NCBI RefSeq assembly: GCF_035566375.1
Contig: NZ_DATMRK010000047.1
Coordinates: 123,750 to 187,749, forward strand
Source: Collimonas sp.
GTDB taxonomy: Bacteria > Pseudomonadota > Gammaproteobacteria > Burkholderiales > Burkholderiaceae_D
Direction: 5' to 3'
Length of the DNA: 64,000 nt
Made by a program: the position numbers and the translations under genes. Shown here one piece after another: positions 49,883 through 60,383 of this stretch; positions within the stretch are counted from its first letter, which is position 1, and each line of letters begins with the position of its first letter. The notes under the pieces were generated by a model that worked only from the letters and a program-made list of their open reading frames with translations, was not told the origin of the DNA and searched no databases.

Positions 49883-50998
49883 TTATTTGCGCAGCACTTC
49901 GCCGCCGCTGCATAGCAAGGTGCCGGCAACGATATCGTCCTCGCGATTAATCACCAGGCCGCCTTCGGCATTGATGATCAGCTTGAGGAAATCGAGCAGG
50001 TTGCGCGCATACAGCGCCGAAGCGTCGGCCGCCACCAGCGCCGCCAGATTGCCTTCGCCGATGATGTGGACGCCGTGCTTGATGACGGTCTTGCCGCTCT
50101 CCGACAAAGGGCAGTTGCCGCCCTGGTCGACCGCCATATCGAGAATCACCGAACCCGGCTTCATCGCCCTGACGGTGTCTTCGCTGATCAGCACGGGTGC
50201 TTTGCGGCCGGGGATCAGGGCGGTGGTGATAATGATGTCGGCTTGCTTGGCGCGCTCATGCACCAGTTCGGCCTGGCGTCGCATCCAGTCGGCCGGCATC
50301 TGCCGCGCATAACCGCCGACGCCTTGGGCAATTTCCCTTTCTTCATCCGTAATGAAAGGCACGTCCAGGAATTTTGCGCCGAGCGACTCGATCTGTTCTT
50401 TCACGGCCGGCCGCACATCGGAGGCCTCGATCACTGCGCCCAGACGCTTGGCGGTGGCGATCGCCTGCAAGCCGGCCACGCCGGCTCCCATGATCAGCAT
50501 GCGCGCCGCCTTGACGGTACCGGCGGCGGTCATCAGCATCGGCATGAAACGCTGATAGGTATTGGCCGCCATCAACACCGCCTTATAACCGGCGATATTG
50601 GCTTGCGATGACAGCACATCCATCGATTGCGCGCGCGAAGTGCGCGGCGCAGCTTCCAGCGCAAACGCCGTCAGGCCGTGACTTGCCATAACAGCAATAT
50701 TGTCGGCATCAAAAGGATTCAGCATACCGACCACGACCGTACCGCTTTTCAGCAGGGTCAGCTCGTCGGCGCTGGGAGCACGCACTTTGAGCACGGTTTC
50801 CACGCCGAATGCTGCTGCAGCCGTCACCACCTCGGCGCCTGCCGCAGCGTAGGCTGCATCGGGAATGCTGGACGAAATGCCTGCACCGGACTGCACCAGC
50901 ACCTGATGTTTGGCTGCCACCAGCTTCTTTACCGTCTCCGGAGTCGCTGCAACCCGGGTTTCGCCAGGCCGCGTCTCGGCGGGGATGCCGATTTTCAT
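49883..50998 (-). CDS. pntAA: NAD(P) transhydrogenase alpha subunit, soluble NAD(H)-binding part
   Basis: ETRVAATPE, RAQSMDVLSSQ, GAGVAGL and TTALIPG. Confidence 0.96.
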   Translation of the reverse strand: MKIGIPAETRPGETRVAATPETVKKLVAAKHQVLVQSGAGISSSIPDAAYAAAGAEVVTAAAAFGVETVLKVRAPSADELTLLKSGTVVVGMLNPFDADNIAVMASHGLTAFALEAAPRTSRAQSMDVLSSQANIAGYKAVLMAANTYQRFMPMLMTAAGTVKAARMLIMGAGVAGLQAIATAKRLGAVIEASDVRPAVKEQIESLGAKFLDVPFITDEEREIAQGVGGYARQMPADWMRRQAELVHERAKQADIIITTALIPGRKAPVLISEDTVRAMKPGSVILDMAVDQGGNCPLSESGKTVIKHGVHIIGEGNLAALVAADASALYARNLLDFLKLIINAEGGLVINREDDIVAGTLLCSGGEVLRK

Positions 50999-51208
50999 GT
51001 ACTTCTCCCATTAGTGTTAAGAATCTCCCGGAATCTTACACGGAAAAATTGCGGCCCAACAACCATAGGTCTTGATGTAGGTTATTTATCCTAAAATTAA
51101 TCCCTGGTTGCGACTATGACTACAATTACCTCGCCTCTCCGTGCTCCGTGAGCACATCTCATCGAAAACCGGCAGGCAAGTTAAAATATCGGATTAACCG
51201 AGGAATTT

Positions 51209-51697
51209 ATGACTGACGTTTGGAAACCCTCCGTCACAGTCGCCGCCATCATAGAGCGCGACGGCCGCTTCTTGCTGATTGAAGAAGCGACCAGTGACGG
51301 CATCCGCATCAACCAGCCAGCCGGCCATCTCGATCCCAACGAGTCGCTGCTGCAGGCGGTGGTGCGCGAGACGCTGGAAGAAACAGCGCACGATTTCATC
51401 CCTACCGCGCTGGTTGGCATGTATATGGCGCGTTATATTTCGGCGCGTACCGGAAAAGCGGTCACTTACTTACGCTTCGCTTTCTGCGGCGATCTTGGCG
51501 CCGAACACGATCAGGCGCTGGATCATGGCATCTTGCGTACCCTGTGGCTGTCGCGCGACGAACTGGCGGCTTGTCCGGAGCGTCACCGCAGTCCGCAAGT
51601 GTTGCTATGCATTGACGATTACCTGCGCGGCCAGCGCGCACCGTTAGCCATGCTGAACACCCACCCAAGCGCCTATGGAGTGGCTCATGTCGAATAA
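51209..51697 (+). CDS. NUDIX hydrolase (NudJ-like)
   Basis: WKPSVTVAA and Nudix box [23 protein letters not shown]; upstream of mnmA. Confidence 0.9.
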   Translation: MTDVWKPSVTVAAIIERDGRFLLIEEATSDGIRINQPAGHLDPNESLLQAVVRETLEETAHDFIPTALVGMYMARYISARTGKAVTYLRFAFCGDLGAEHDQALDHGILRTLWLSRDELAACPERHRSPQVLLCIDDYLRGQRAPLAMLNTHPSAYGVAHVE

Positions 51698-52817
51698 GTC
51701 AAATAAAAAACGCGTGGTCATCGGCATGTCGGGCGGGGTCGATTCCTCTGTCTCGGCCTGGATGCTGAAGCAACAGGGTTATGAAGTCATCGGCCTGTTC
51801 ATGAAAAATTGGGAAGACGACGACGATTCCGAGTACTGCTCGACCCGGCAGGACTGGATCGATGCGGTCAGCGTCGCCGACGTGATTGGCGTCGACATTG
51901 AAGCGGTGAATTTTGCCGCCGAGTACAAAGACCGGGTATTCGCCGAATTCCTGCGCGAGTATCAGGCTGGCCGCACCCCCAATCCCGATGTGCTGTGCAA
52001 TGCCGAAATCAAATTCAAGGCCTTCCTCGATCACGCCATGAAGCTGGGCGCTGATCTGATCGCCACCGGTCATTACGCTCGCGTGCGGCAGGCCGATTCC
52101 GGCCGCTTCGAGTTGTTGAAAGCGGTTGACGCCAGCAAGGATCAAAGTTATTTCCTGCACCGCCTGAACCAGTCGCAATTGTCCCGAACCTTATTCCCGC
52201 TGGGTGAAATCCAGAAAACCGAAGTGCGCAAGATCGCCGAGCAGATCCAGTTGCCGAATGCCAAGAAAAAGGACTCGACCGGCATCTGCTTTATCGGCGA
52301 ACGGCCATTCCGCGAATTCCTGAATCGTTATCTGTCCTACCAGCCGGGGCCGATGAAGACGCCGGACGGCGATGTGGTGGGCGAGCACGTAGGCTTGAGT
52401 TTTTACACGCTGGGCCAGCGCAAGGGCATCGGCCTGGGCGGCATGAAGACGCACAAGAACGCCGGCGGCGACAGCGATCCCTGGTATGTGGCCAGGAAGG
52501 ATGTAGAAAACAACACTTTATACATCGTTCAGGGACACGATCACCCCTGGCTGCTGTCATCGACGCTGCAGGCCGGCCAACTCAGCTGGGTTGCCGGTGA
52601 AGCGCCGGACAGCGGCCGCTTGTCGGCCAAGACGCGCTATCGGCAGGCTGACATGGCTTGCAGATTTGACAGCCTGCTGCTGCCTGAAGCGGAGAATTTC
52701 GCCCTGAAATTTAGCGATCCGCAATGGGCCGTCACTCCCGGCCAGTCTGCCGTGCTGTATGACGGCGATGTCTGCCTCGGCGGCGGCATTATCGAGTCAT
52801 CGGGCAACGCTGCCTGA
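51687..52817 (+). CDS. mnmA: tRNA 2-thiouridylase
   Basis: [42 protein letters not shown] and VTPGQSAV. Confidence 0.97.
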   Translation: MSNKSNKKRVVIGMSGGVDSSVSAWMLKQQGYEVIGLFMKNWEDDDDSEYCSTRQDWIDAVSVADVIGVDIEAVNFAAEYKDRVFAEFLREYQAGRTPNPDVLCNAEIKFKAFLDHAMKLGADLIATGHYARVRQADSGRFELLKAVDASKDQSYFLHRLNQSQLSRTLFPLGEIQKTEVRKIAEQIQLPNAKKKDSTGICFIGERPFREFLNRYLSYQPGPMKTPDGDVVGEHVGLSFYTLGQRKGIGLGGMKTHKNAGGDSDPWYVARKDVENNTLYIVQGHDHPWLLSSTLQAGQLSWVAGEAPDSGRLSAKTRYRQADMACRFDSLLLPEAENFALKFSDPQWAVTPGQSAVLYDGDVCLGGGIIESSGNAA

Positions 52818-52819
52818 TA

Positions 52820-52852
52820 CTGGTTTTGCATCTTTTAATGATGCAAAACCAG
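52820..52852. terminator. 13-bp perfect hairpin after mnmA
   Basis: CTGGTTTTGCATC-TTTTAAT-GATGCAAAACCAG. Confidence 0.6.
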
Positions 52853-53146
52853 CTCTTTCCCCGCTGGTCGTCCTGACCAGCCTCTTTCCCAAGCTTTGCC
52901 ACAGCTCGTTTTGTTGTGCATATACAGCAATTAGTTCCTTTTTATTATTTCTATTTCAGGAACAGTAAATTTCCAGTATGACCATTTATTGTTGATTGTG
53001 AAGTCTCTACACTTTGCTTCATCGATGGGCGCAACACACAAGCAAGATCAAAAATGCAAGTGCGCCGCTCACCGAGGCAGGACCCGACGGGCTGCAATCT
53101 CGCCTGTACCGCCGAGCCCGGTGCCATCAACCTACTGGAGAAAAAA

Positions 53147-53419
53147 ATGAACACCAAACAATTTATCGCAGGTCTCGCAATCTTAGCCGCCGCTGGCAGC
53201 GCCATGGCCGTTACCCCATATCCACCTGAAACACCGTTCGTCTCGACCAAATCGCGTGCCGATGTCCAGGCTGAGCTGGTGCAAGCTCAAAAAGACGGTT
53301 CGCTAGCTGTGGCCAGTAATTCCTACCCTGTGGTTGCGGCCGCAGGCAAGCCAGTCAGCCGCGCTGAAGTCGTGAGCCAAGTCAGCAAGGCAGAGCCATC
53401 GGTCTACAGTGGCAACTAA
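53147..53419 (+). CDS. DUF4148-type small secreted protein
   Basis: GGAG RBS, signal peptide (…GSAMA|V), KSRADVQAELVQA and VSRAEV. Confidence 0.8.
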   Translation: MNTKQFIAGLAILAAAGSAMAVTPYPPETPFVSTKSRADVQAELVQAQKDGSLAVASNSYPVVAAAGKPVSRAEVVSQVSKAEPSVYSGN

Positions 53420-53477
53420 ATTGTCAAGTTGCAAAAGCATCTGATGCGACACTGACTCCGCGAATTTCCGGAGTTAC

Positions 53478-53506
53478 GCAAAACGCCAGCAATGCTGGCG
53501 TTTTGC
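53478..53506. terminator. Hairpin after the DUF4148 gene
   Basis: GCAAAACGCCAGC-AAT-GCTGGCGTTTTGC. Confidence 0.6.
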
Positions 53507-53617
53507 TATTATTCGTTCATATCCCAGCGCACCGCCAAACCTCGGAGCTGAGCTAGACGCAGGTGCCCCAACAGATCCAAACGTTCAGATCTCTCAAGTC
53601 ACATAATTCGGGTTCAC

Positions 53618-55135
53618 ATGCGGTCATATTTTCCCTCCAAGTCTTATCCTTCGGTCAGCCTGTTGCTGGCCTGTTCCCTGACGCTGTTGTTAAGCGCCTG
53701 CGCTGATTTTTCAGGTATCAACCCGCAATCGAAACTGACGGACGGCAACTCTCTTTCTGCCGGCGCCGCATTGAGCAGCGCCGCCAACACTGCATGGCCG
53801 ACCAGCGCATGGTGGCAAAGTTATGGCGACCCGCAGCTGGATACCCTGGTACAACAAGCGATTGCCGGCAGCCCCAACCTGAAAATCGCCCAGGCCCGTA
53901 TCCGCCAGGCATCGTCATTGGCCGGCGTGGCGCGTGCCGCCACCCTGCCCAAGGTCGGCGCCGAAGCTAGCAGCACCCGCGGCTTGTACTCCTCTGAATA
54001 CATCTTTCCGCCACCGCTGGGCGGCAGCTGGAACTGGGACAACGAAATTACCGTCAAGGCCAGTTACGATCTTGACCTGTGGGACAAAGATCGCAGCGAG
54101 CTCGAATCGGCGCTCGATACCGTCCATGTGAGCGCCGCCGAAGCCCGCAGCGCCCAGTTGAATCTGGAAGTGGCCGTGGTGCGCGGCTATTTGCAGCTGG
54201 CGACCGAATATGCATTGCACGATATCGCCAGCTCGACGCTGACACAGCAAACTTCGATCGCCAACATCGCCCAACGAAAACTGGCGGCCGGCCTTGGCAC
54301 CAGGCTGGAACTCAGCCAGGCCCAAACCGCATTGCCGGAAGCGCGTGCCAATATCGAAAAAATCGACGAAAACATTGCCTTGCTGCGTAACCAGATTGCC
54401 GCCTTAAGCGGTAAAGGCCCCGGCGGCGGCGATGCAATCCAGCGGCCACAACTGGCGGCGCGCCTGGTTGGCGTTGACAACAGCACGCCACCCGCCATCG
54501 GTTTGCCCGACAATGTGCCGGCGCATCTGATCGGCCGCCGTCCGGACGTGATTGCGCAACGCTGGCGGGTCGAAGCCATGGACAAGAACATCGATGTTGC
54601 CAAGGCGGCGTTTTATCCGGATATCAATATCTCCGCCTTCATCGGCTTGCAAGCGCTCGGCTTTACCCATTTCCTGAGTTCATCTGCCGGCGTGCGCGGC
54701 GCCGGGCCGGCGATATCGCTGCCGATTTTCGAAGGCGGCCGCCTGCGCGCCAATCTCGGCGCTCAAACCGCCGCACTCGACGCTGCGATCGAAAGCTACA
54801 ACAACACCCTGGTGCAAGCCCTGCAAAGCGTGGCCGACCAGATCATCAAATTGAAATCGCAGCAACAGCAACGCGGCCAATCGGAGCAGGCGCTGGCGCT
54901 GGCTACACAATCCTACGATCTGGCCAAGCGCGCTTACCAGGCCGGCCTGACCGCCAATATCAATGTGATTCAAACCCAGTTGGTGCTGCTGCAGCAACAG
55001 CAACGCGTGACACAGATCCGCGCCGGTTATCTGGATAGCTGGGCGCAGCTGATGCAGGCGCTGGGCGGCGGCCTGGGTGACGACTTGCCGCAGCCGGCAA
55101 ACGCCGCCGCCAGCGCTAGCTCTGCAGAAAAATAA
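53618..55135 (+). CDS. Efflux outer-membrane lipoprotein (NodT/OprM family)
   Basis: Lipobox LSAC, WWQSYGDPQLD, LIGRRPDV, AAFYPDI and LPIFEGG. Confidence 0.92.
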   Translation: MRSYFPSKSYPSVSLLLACSLTLLLSACADFSGINPQSKLTDGNSLSAGAALSSAANTAWPTSAWWQSYGDPQLDTLVQQAIAGSPNLKIAQARIRQASSLAGVARAATLPKVGAEASSTRGLYSSEYIFPPPLGGSWNWDNEITVKASYDLDLWDKDRSELESALDTVHVSAAEARSAQLNLEVAVVRGYLQLATEYALHDIASSTLTQQTSIANIAQRKLAAGLGTRLELSQAQTALPEARANIEKIDENIALLRNQIAALSGKGPGGGDAIQRPQLAARLVGVDNSTPPAIGLPDNVPAHLIGRRPDVIAQRWRVEAMDKNIDVAKAAFYPDINISAFIGLQALGFTHFLSSSAGVRGAGPAISLPIFEGGRLRANLGAQTAALDAAIESYNNTLVQALQSVADQIIKLKSQQQQRGQSEQALALATQSYDLAKRAYQAGLTANINVIQTQLVLLQQQQRVTQIRAGYLDSWAQLMQALGGGLGDDLPQPANAAASASSAEK

Positions 55136-55147
55136 GCGACGCCGACC

Positions 55148-57259
55148 ATGAGCGAGATTGCAAGCAGCCGTAACCACTGGCTCGATCACCTGAAGCATGC
55201 TGGCGTCAGCTGGCTGGAAGGCCACGGCCAGGATCTGCTGTATATCAGCAAAATCCTGCTGGCGACCATGCTGGCGCTGGGCCTGTCGCTGCTATTCGAC
55301 CTGTCCAAGCCCGGCACCGCGATGGTCACCGTCATCATCGTGCTGCAACCACGCAGCGGCCTGGTGCTGGCCAAGGGCTTTTATCGTTTCATCGGCACCT
55401 CGGTCGGCGTCATCATGTCGATCATCCTGGCCGCCTCGTTTACGCAGCAACCGATCTTGTTCCTGGTTGCCGGCGCCTGCTGGGTAGCCCTGTGCACCGC
55501 CGGCTCGACCATCTTCCGCAATTTTCAATCGTATGCCTTCGTACTGGCCGGCTATACCCTGGTGATCGTCGGCTTGCCGGCAGCACTGCAGCCGGATCAG
55601 GCTTTCGATATTGCCATGACGCGCCTGGCAGAAGTGATGCTGGGTCTGCTGTGCGCCGGCGTGGTCAGCGATGTGCTGTTTCCCAAACGCTTGTCAGACG
55701 TCCTGCTGCTGACAGTGCGCAAGCGTTTCGCCGATTTCAAAACCTTTATTGCACTGGATGACGCCGGCGCCAGTTCGCGGCCGGCGCGCGAGCGCATGGT
55801 GCTGCGCTTTGCCGGCGAAGTCATTGCGTTTGAAGCACTGCGCACCTCGTCGGTATTCGAAAGCGCCACCGGACATCTGCAAAACCTGCAGTTGCGCCAG
55901 TTGAACCACGCCTTCATGACCGCCTCCACCACTTTTCACTCGCTCGATCAATTGTTCGGCCGCCTGCAAAAGAATGGCAAACAAAGCACGCTCGATGCCT
56001 TGTTGATGGAATACCAAGCGATGGTGCGCGCCCTCTCCAGCCAGGATCGGACTCAGCTGGCCCAGGTCCGCAGCGGGCTGCCGCAACGCCTGGCTGCTTT
56101 GCAACGCGGCCTGGCGGCCAGCAGTATCGGCAAGGGGATTGATAGCGACGGCAGCCATTTGCTCGACTTCGATTCAGCCACCGAGCTGCTAGTCAGGTTT
56201 GCCGATGAATTGCAGATCTACGCAAGAATCCATGCAGTCGTGATCCATGCCGAAATGCACATGCCGGACGATCTCCAGTTGCCCGCCCGCTATGTGACGC
56301 GCACCGATCCGACTATGGTCGTGACCTCGGCGCTGCGGGCGGCGATCGGCTTTGGCATATCGTCGCTGTTCTGGATAGAATCCGGCTGGGTTTCCGGCAC
56401 CGATGCAGTTGCCATGGCGACCGTCGTCAGTGCCCTGTTTGCCGCAGCGCCGTCGCCTACCCAGGTAGTGCGCCAATTCATGATCGGCGCTGTGCTAGGC
56501 GGATTTTTCGGCTTCCTGTCGGCCTATTATCTGCAATCGCGAGCCGAAAACTTCACCATGCTGTGCTTCTCGCTAATACCATTCATCACGATCGGCGCCT
56601 GGCTTACCACCACCAGGAAATACTCCGGCATCGGCACTGGCGTATTGCTGTTCTTCTTTTCCTACGCCAGCATCGGCAGCAGCTATGAGTTCGACATACT
56701 GACCCTGCTCAACGGCATGACCGGCGGCCTGCTCGGAGTTGCCATCGCCTCGGTCATGTATCAGATCATCGATCCATCCGACAGCCGCTGGATCAAGCGC
56801 CGCCTGGCGCGCGCTCTGCGCCGCCAGGTAGTGGAAGCCTGCAATCGCCCGCTACCCGGCTTGGCCGGCCGCTTTGAAAGCGGCACCCGCGATTTGCTGT
56901 CGCGTTTTGCGGTTACCCATTCGCTGGATGATCAGGACGACCGCGATATCATGACCTGGTTATTATCGGTACTGGAAATCGGCCGCGCCGTGATCCAGCT
57001 GCGCCAGGAAACCCTGCACGTCACAGATCCGCAAGCGCATGACAAAATCGCGCAAAGCGTGCGCAGCATCGCCCACCTGTTTGCCAGCCCTAGCCAACCC
57101 CGCTTGCGCGCCGCGCTGGACGCCGTGCTAGCCGCAGTTGCCGTGTGCGGCGAGCTGCACGCCGTGCTCGCCAATCTGCATCTGATGCGCGGCGCCATGC
57201 TGGAGCGCGTCACCGTGCTGACGCCCGCCGAAACTTCACCTATTACTTCCGAGAGCTGA
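55148..57259 (+). CDS. FUSC family (fusaric acid resistance/AaeB-like) inner membrane protein
   Basis: TAMVTVIIVLQPRSGLVLAKGFYRFIGT, YAFVLAGYT, RLAEVMLG and FESGTRD. Confidence 0.9.
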   Translation: MSEIASSRNHWLDHLKHAGVSWLEGHGQDLLYISKILLATMLALGLSLLFDLSKPGTAMVTVIIVLQPRSGLVLAKGFYRFIGTSVGVIMSIILAASFTQQPILFLVAGACWVALCTAGSTIFRNFQSYAFVLAGYTLVIVGLPAALQPDQAFDIAMTRLAEVMLGLLCAGVVSDVLFPKRLSDVLLLTVRKRFADFKTFIALDDAGASSRPARERMVLRFAGEVIAFEALRTSSVFESATGHLQNLQLRQLNHAFMTASTTFHSLDQLFGRLQKNGKQSTLDALLMEYQAMVRALSSQDRTQLAQVRSGLPQRLAALQRGLAASSIGKGIDSDGSHLLDFDSATELLVRFADELQIYARIHAVVIHAEMHMPDDLQLPARYVTRTDPTMVVTSALRAAIGFGISSLFWIESGWVSGTDAVAMATVVSALFAAAPSPTQVVRQFMIGAVLGGFFGFLSAYYLQSRAENFTMLCFSLIPFITIGAWLTTTRKYSGIGTGVLLFFFSYASIGSSYEFDILTLLNGMTGGLLGVAIASVMYQIIDPSDSRWIKRRLARALRRQVVEACNRPLPGLAGRFESGTRDLLSRFAVTHSLDDQDDRDIMTWLLSVLEIGRAVIQLRQETLHVTDPQAHDKIAQSVRSIAHLFASPSQPRLRAALDAVLAAVAVCGELHAVLANLHLMRGAMLERVTVLTPAETSPITSES

Positions 57260-57261
57260 TC

Positions 57262-57465
57262 ATGCCGCGTGAAATCGCACTATTCGATGCGCTCATTCCG
57301 ACCTTGCTGTTGGTATTTATCGGCTGTCTGTTTCTACAGATGGCAATCGATTGGGTATTCACCCGCTTGGGCCTGTTTCGTTATGTCTGGCATCCCAGCC
57401 TGTTCCGGATCGCCCTGTTCTTTTGTATTTTCGGCGGCGCCGGGCTACTGCTGCACGCCGTCTGA
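57262..57465 (+). CDS. DUF1656/AaeX-like small membrane protein
   Basis: MPREIALFDALIP…VWHPSLFR; sits between FUSC and HlyD genes. Confidence 0.88.
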   Translation: MPREIALFDALIPTLLLVFIGCLFLQMAIDWVFTRLGLFRYVWHPSLFRIALFFCIFGGAGLLLHAV

Positions 57466-57520
57466 TTTTCTATAAATCCGTTATAAAAATTTGCCATAAA
57501 AAATTCGTTCTAAGGTCGAC

Positions 57521-58420
57521 ATGAAATCATCAAGCGTTTTAAAAACCCTGTTGCAAGTAGCGATCACGCTGATTGTGGTGCTGATCGCCTTCTTGCTGGC
57601 GCGCGCACTGTGGGAGCGCTACATGAATACCCCGTGGACCCGCGACGGCCGCGTGCGCGCCGACGTCATCAGCGTCGCCGCTGACGTCTCGGGTATCGTG
57701 GTCGCGGTGCCGGTAGCCGATAACAGCTACGTTCACAAAGGCGATCTGCTGATGAAGATCGACCCGGCGCGCTACGCGCTAGCGTTGGCGCAAGCCGAAG
57801 CGGTGGTTGCCGAACGCCGCATCGGCCTGAGCACCAAACAGCGCGATGCGGCGCGCCGCGCCAAACTGGATGGCGACGTGATTTCCAGCGAAAACCGCGA
57901 AAACTCCAGCGCCGATGCGTCCGCCGCCCAGGCCCAGTATCAAGCAGCACTGGTCGCGCGCGACAGCGCCAAGCTAAACCTGGATCGCACCGAAGTCAGG
58001 GCGACGGTAGACGGCTGGATCACCAACCTCAACGTCCACGCCGGCGACTTCGCTCAGGCCGGCAGCCCCAAGCTGGCGGTGCTTGATGCCAATTCATTCT
58101 GGGTGTACGGCTATTTCGAGGAAAACAAACTGCCCTTGATGAAAGTCGGCGATGCGGTCGACATGCGCTTGCTCGGCAGCGAGCAGATCATCAACGGCCA
58201 TATCGACAGCATCTCGCGCGGCATTACCGATCGCGATAACGCACTTGGCAGCTACGGCCTGGCGAATGTGAATCCGAGTTTCAACTGGGTCCGGCTGGCG
58301 CAACGCGTGCCGGTGCGCATCCATATCGACAAAGTGCCGGATGGCGTAACGCTGGCGGCCGGCATGACTTGTACCGTGATTGTCAAACCGGGACAACGGC
58401 CGGCGGCAACGGCGCGCTAG
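57521..58420 (+). CDS. HlyD-family periplasmic adaptor (AaeA/FusE-like)
   Basis: PWTRDGRVRA, VSGIV, GYFEE and WVRLAQRVPVRI. Confidence 0.92.
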   Translation: MKSSSVLKTLLQVAITLIVVLIAFLLARALWERYMNTPWTRDGRVRADVISVAADVSGIVVAVPVADNSYVHKGDLLMKIDPARYALALAQAEAVVAERRIGLSTKQRDAARRAKLDGDVISSENRENSSADASAAQAQYQAALVARDSAKLNLDRTEVRATVDGWITNLNVHAGDFAQAGSPKLAVLDANSFWVYGYFEENKLPLMKVGDAVDMRLLGSEQIINGHIDSISRGITDRDNALGSYGLANVNPSFNWVRLAQRVPVRIHIDKVPDGVTLAAGMTCTVIVKPGQRPAATAR

Positions 58421-58465
58421 TGATAACCACAAATCGGATGCAGCAAATGCACTCCGTAGTCCGTC

Positions 58466-58521
58466 AAATGGGGTCAGAGTAATTTTCGCAAACACCGCGA
58501 AAAGAAACTCTGACCCCATTT
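58466..58521. repeat. Palindromic REP-like element (15-bp arms)
   Basis: AAATGGGGTCAGAGT…TTTTCGC…GCGAAAA…ACTCTGACCCCATTT. Confidence 0.65.
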
Positions 58522-58668
58522 AACTACTGTCGGCCACTGCGCTATCCCAAGCGACGATATTTGACATAGAATCAACATCACCGATTGACGCAAGCCACTT
58601 GCAGCAGCTTCGCATACTTGCCAAAACAGAATAAAATCGGATGCTCACATCCATCGCCAGGGAGGCGC

Positions 58669-60381
58669 ATGAGCGCTGCACCATCACAACATGCCGACCT
58701 GAACCCGCCGCCGGCCGCCAAACGGGCGTATCTGGCGGACCTGATTGCCGGCCTCTCGATTGCCGGACTGCTACTCCCTGAAGCGGTTGCCTATTCCAGC
58801 ATCGCCAATCTACCGCCCCAAACCGGGGTAATTGCATTGTTTGCCGGCTTGCTCTGTTACGGCCTGTTTGGCAGCAGCCGCTTTGCGGTCGTCTCCGCCA
58901 CCTCCTCCTCGGCAGCGGTGCTGGCGGCAGCCACGGCATCCATGGCAAACGGCGACAATGGCCTCAGAATGACGCTGGCGATCGGGCTGGTAATGCTTAC
59001 CGGCTTGTTTTTCCTGCTGGCCGGATTGGCCCGCCTGGGCAATGTTACTGACTTCATCGCCAAACCGGTGTTGCGCGGCTTTGCCTTCGGCCTGGCGATT
59101 GTCATCATTCTCAAACAGTTTGCCGGCGTGGTCGGCGCCCATCCGGAACATAGCGACATGACCCGCTTCATCCCCGAAATGCTGGCGCAGATCGGACATT
59201 GGAACTGGATCAGCGTCGCCGTGATGGCGCTAGCGCTGGTTTTGCTGTATCTGTTTTCTTACCTGCGCCGGATACCGGGAGCACTGCTGGTGATCGTCAT
59301 CGGCGTCGCGGCCGGCCAGTGGCTGGATTTAACCCGCTATGGCGTCGCCCTGGTGGGCAGCATCCACCTGCAACTGGCAACGCCAACGCTACCCTTGCTC
59401 TCGCGCGCCGATTGGCTGCGCCTGGGTGAACTGGGTTTTGCCATGGGCATGATCTTGTATGCCGAATCGTATGGCTCGATCCGCAGCTTCGCCATCAAGC
59501 ATGGCGACCCGGTGGCGCCCAACCGCGACTTGCTGGCGCTGGGCGCCTCCAATTTGCTGTCCGGATTATTTCACGGCATGCCGGTCGGCGCCGGCTATTC
59601 GGCCACCTCTGCCAACGAAGCCGCCGGCGCCACTTCGCGGCTCTCGGGCTGGGTGGCGGCGCTGGTGATGCTGGCGATTGTCCTGACATTGTTGCCCGCC
59701 ATCGCCCTGACGCCGCAGCCAATACTGGCTGCGATCGTGATCCATGCGGTCGGCCACACCCTCAATCCTGCCATCTTCCGCCCCTATTTCCAGTGGCGGC
59801 GCGATCGCCTGGTGGTGATCGCCTCAGTGATTGCGGTGCTGTTGCTGGGCGTACTGGACGGCTTGCTGGCGTCGATTGCGATCAGTCTGCTGCTGATGCT
59901 GCGGCAGTTCGCGCAATCGACCATTTCAGTGCTGGGGCGGCTAGGGCAAGGCCATGACTACGTCAACATCCGCACCCATCCGGAAGCACAGCCGGTATCG
60001 GGCGTCATGATCCTGCGCCCGAACGAGCCGCTGTTTTTTGCCAACGCCGAACGCATCCTGGGCCAGGCGCGGCAGAACATCATCGCCGCAGCACCGCCTG
60101 TACATACCGTGATTCTCAGTCTGGAAGAATCGCCGGACCTGGATAGCACCAGCCTGGAAGGTTTGCATGATTTTTTTAATTTCGTCAGTAGCCGTGGCTT
60201 GCGCCTGCTGCTGGCGCGCCTCAAAGATCCGGTATATGACATCATGAAAAATGCAGTTGCCCCCAGCTTCCCGCTGGCGTCCCTGAGCGCGCTGAGCGTA
60301 GCGGAAGCGGTGCATCTGGCACAGGCGCCGGCAAGCCAGCACGGCACAGACCAAACTATCGCAACCCGACCCGGAGAATAA
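58669..60381 (+). CDS. SulP family anion permease with STAS domain
   Basis: DLIAGLS…PEAVAYS..A, PNRDLLALG, LLLGVLDG, LFFANAE and DLDSTSL. GGAGG RBS before ATG 58669. Confidence 0.92.
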   Translation: MSAAPSQHADLNPPPAAKRAYLADLIAGLSIAGLLLPEAVAYSSIANLPPQTGVIALFAGLLCYGLFGSSRFAVVSATSSSAAVLAAATASMANGDNGLRMTLAIGLVMLTGLFFLLAGLARLGNVTDFIAKPVLRGFAFGLAIVIILKQFAGVVGAHPEHSDMTRFIPEMLAQIGHWNWISVAVMALALVLLYLFSYLRRIPGALLVIVIGVAAGQWLDLTRYGVALVGSIHLQLATPTLPLLSRADWLRLGELGFAMGMILYAESYGSIRSFAIKHGDPVAPNRDLLALGASNLLSGLFHGMPVGAGYSATSANEAAGATSRLSGWVAALVMLAIVLTLLPAIALTPQPILAAIVIHAVGHTLNPAIFRPYFQWRRDRLVVIASVIAVLLLGVLDGLLASIAISLLLMLRQFAQSTISVLGRLGQGHDYVNIRTHPEAQPVSGVMILRPNEPLFFANAERILGQARQNIIAAAPPVHTVILSLEESPDLDSTSLEGLHDFFNFVSSRGLRLLLARLKDPVYDIMKNAVAPSFPLASLSALSVAEAVHLAQAPASQHGTDQTIATRPGE

Positions 60382-60383
60382 TC

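Noticed and set aside
49395-49885. Similar AAGCGA…TAAGT sequences after the pntAA and panD stops as an insertion duplication
   Set aside because: Short, gapped and within chance expectation.
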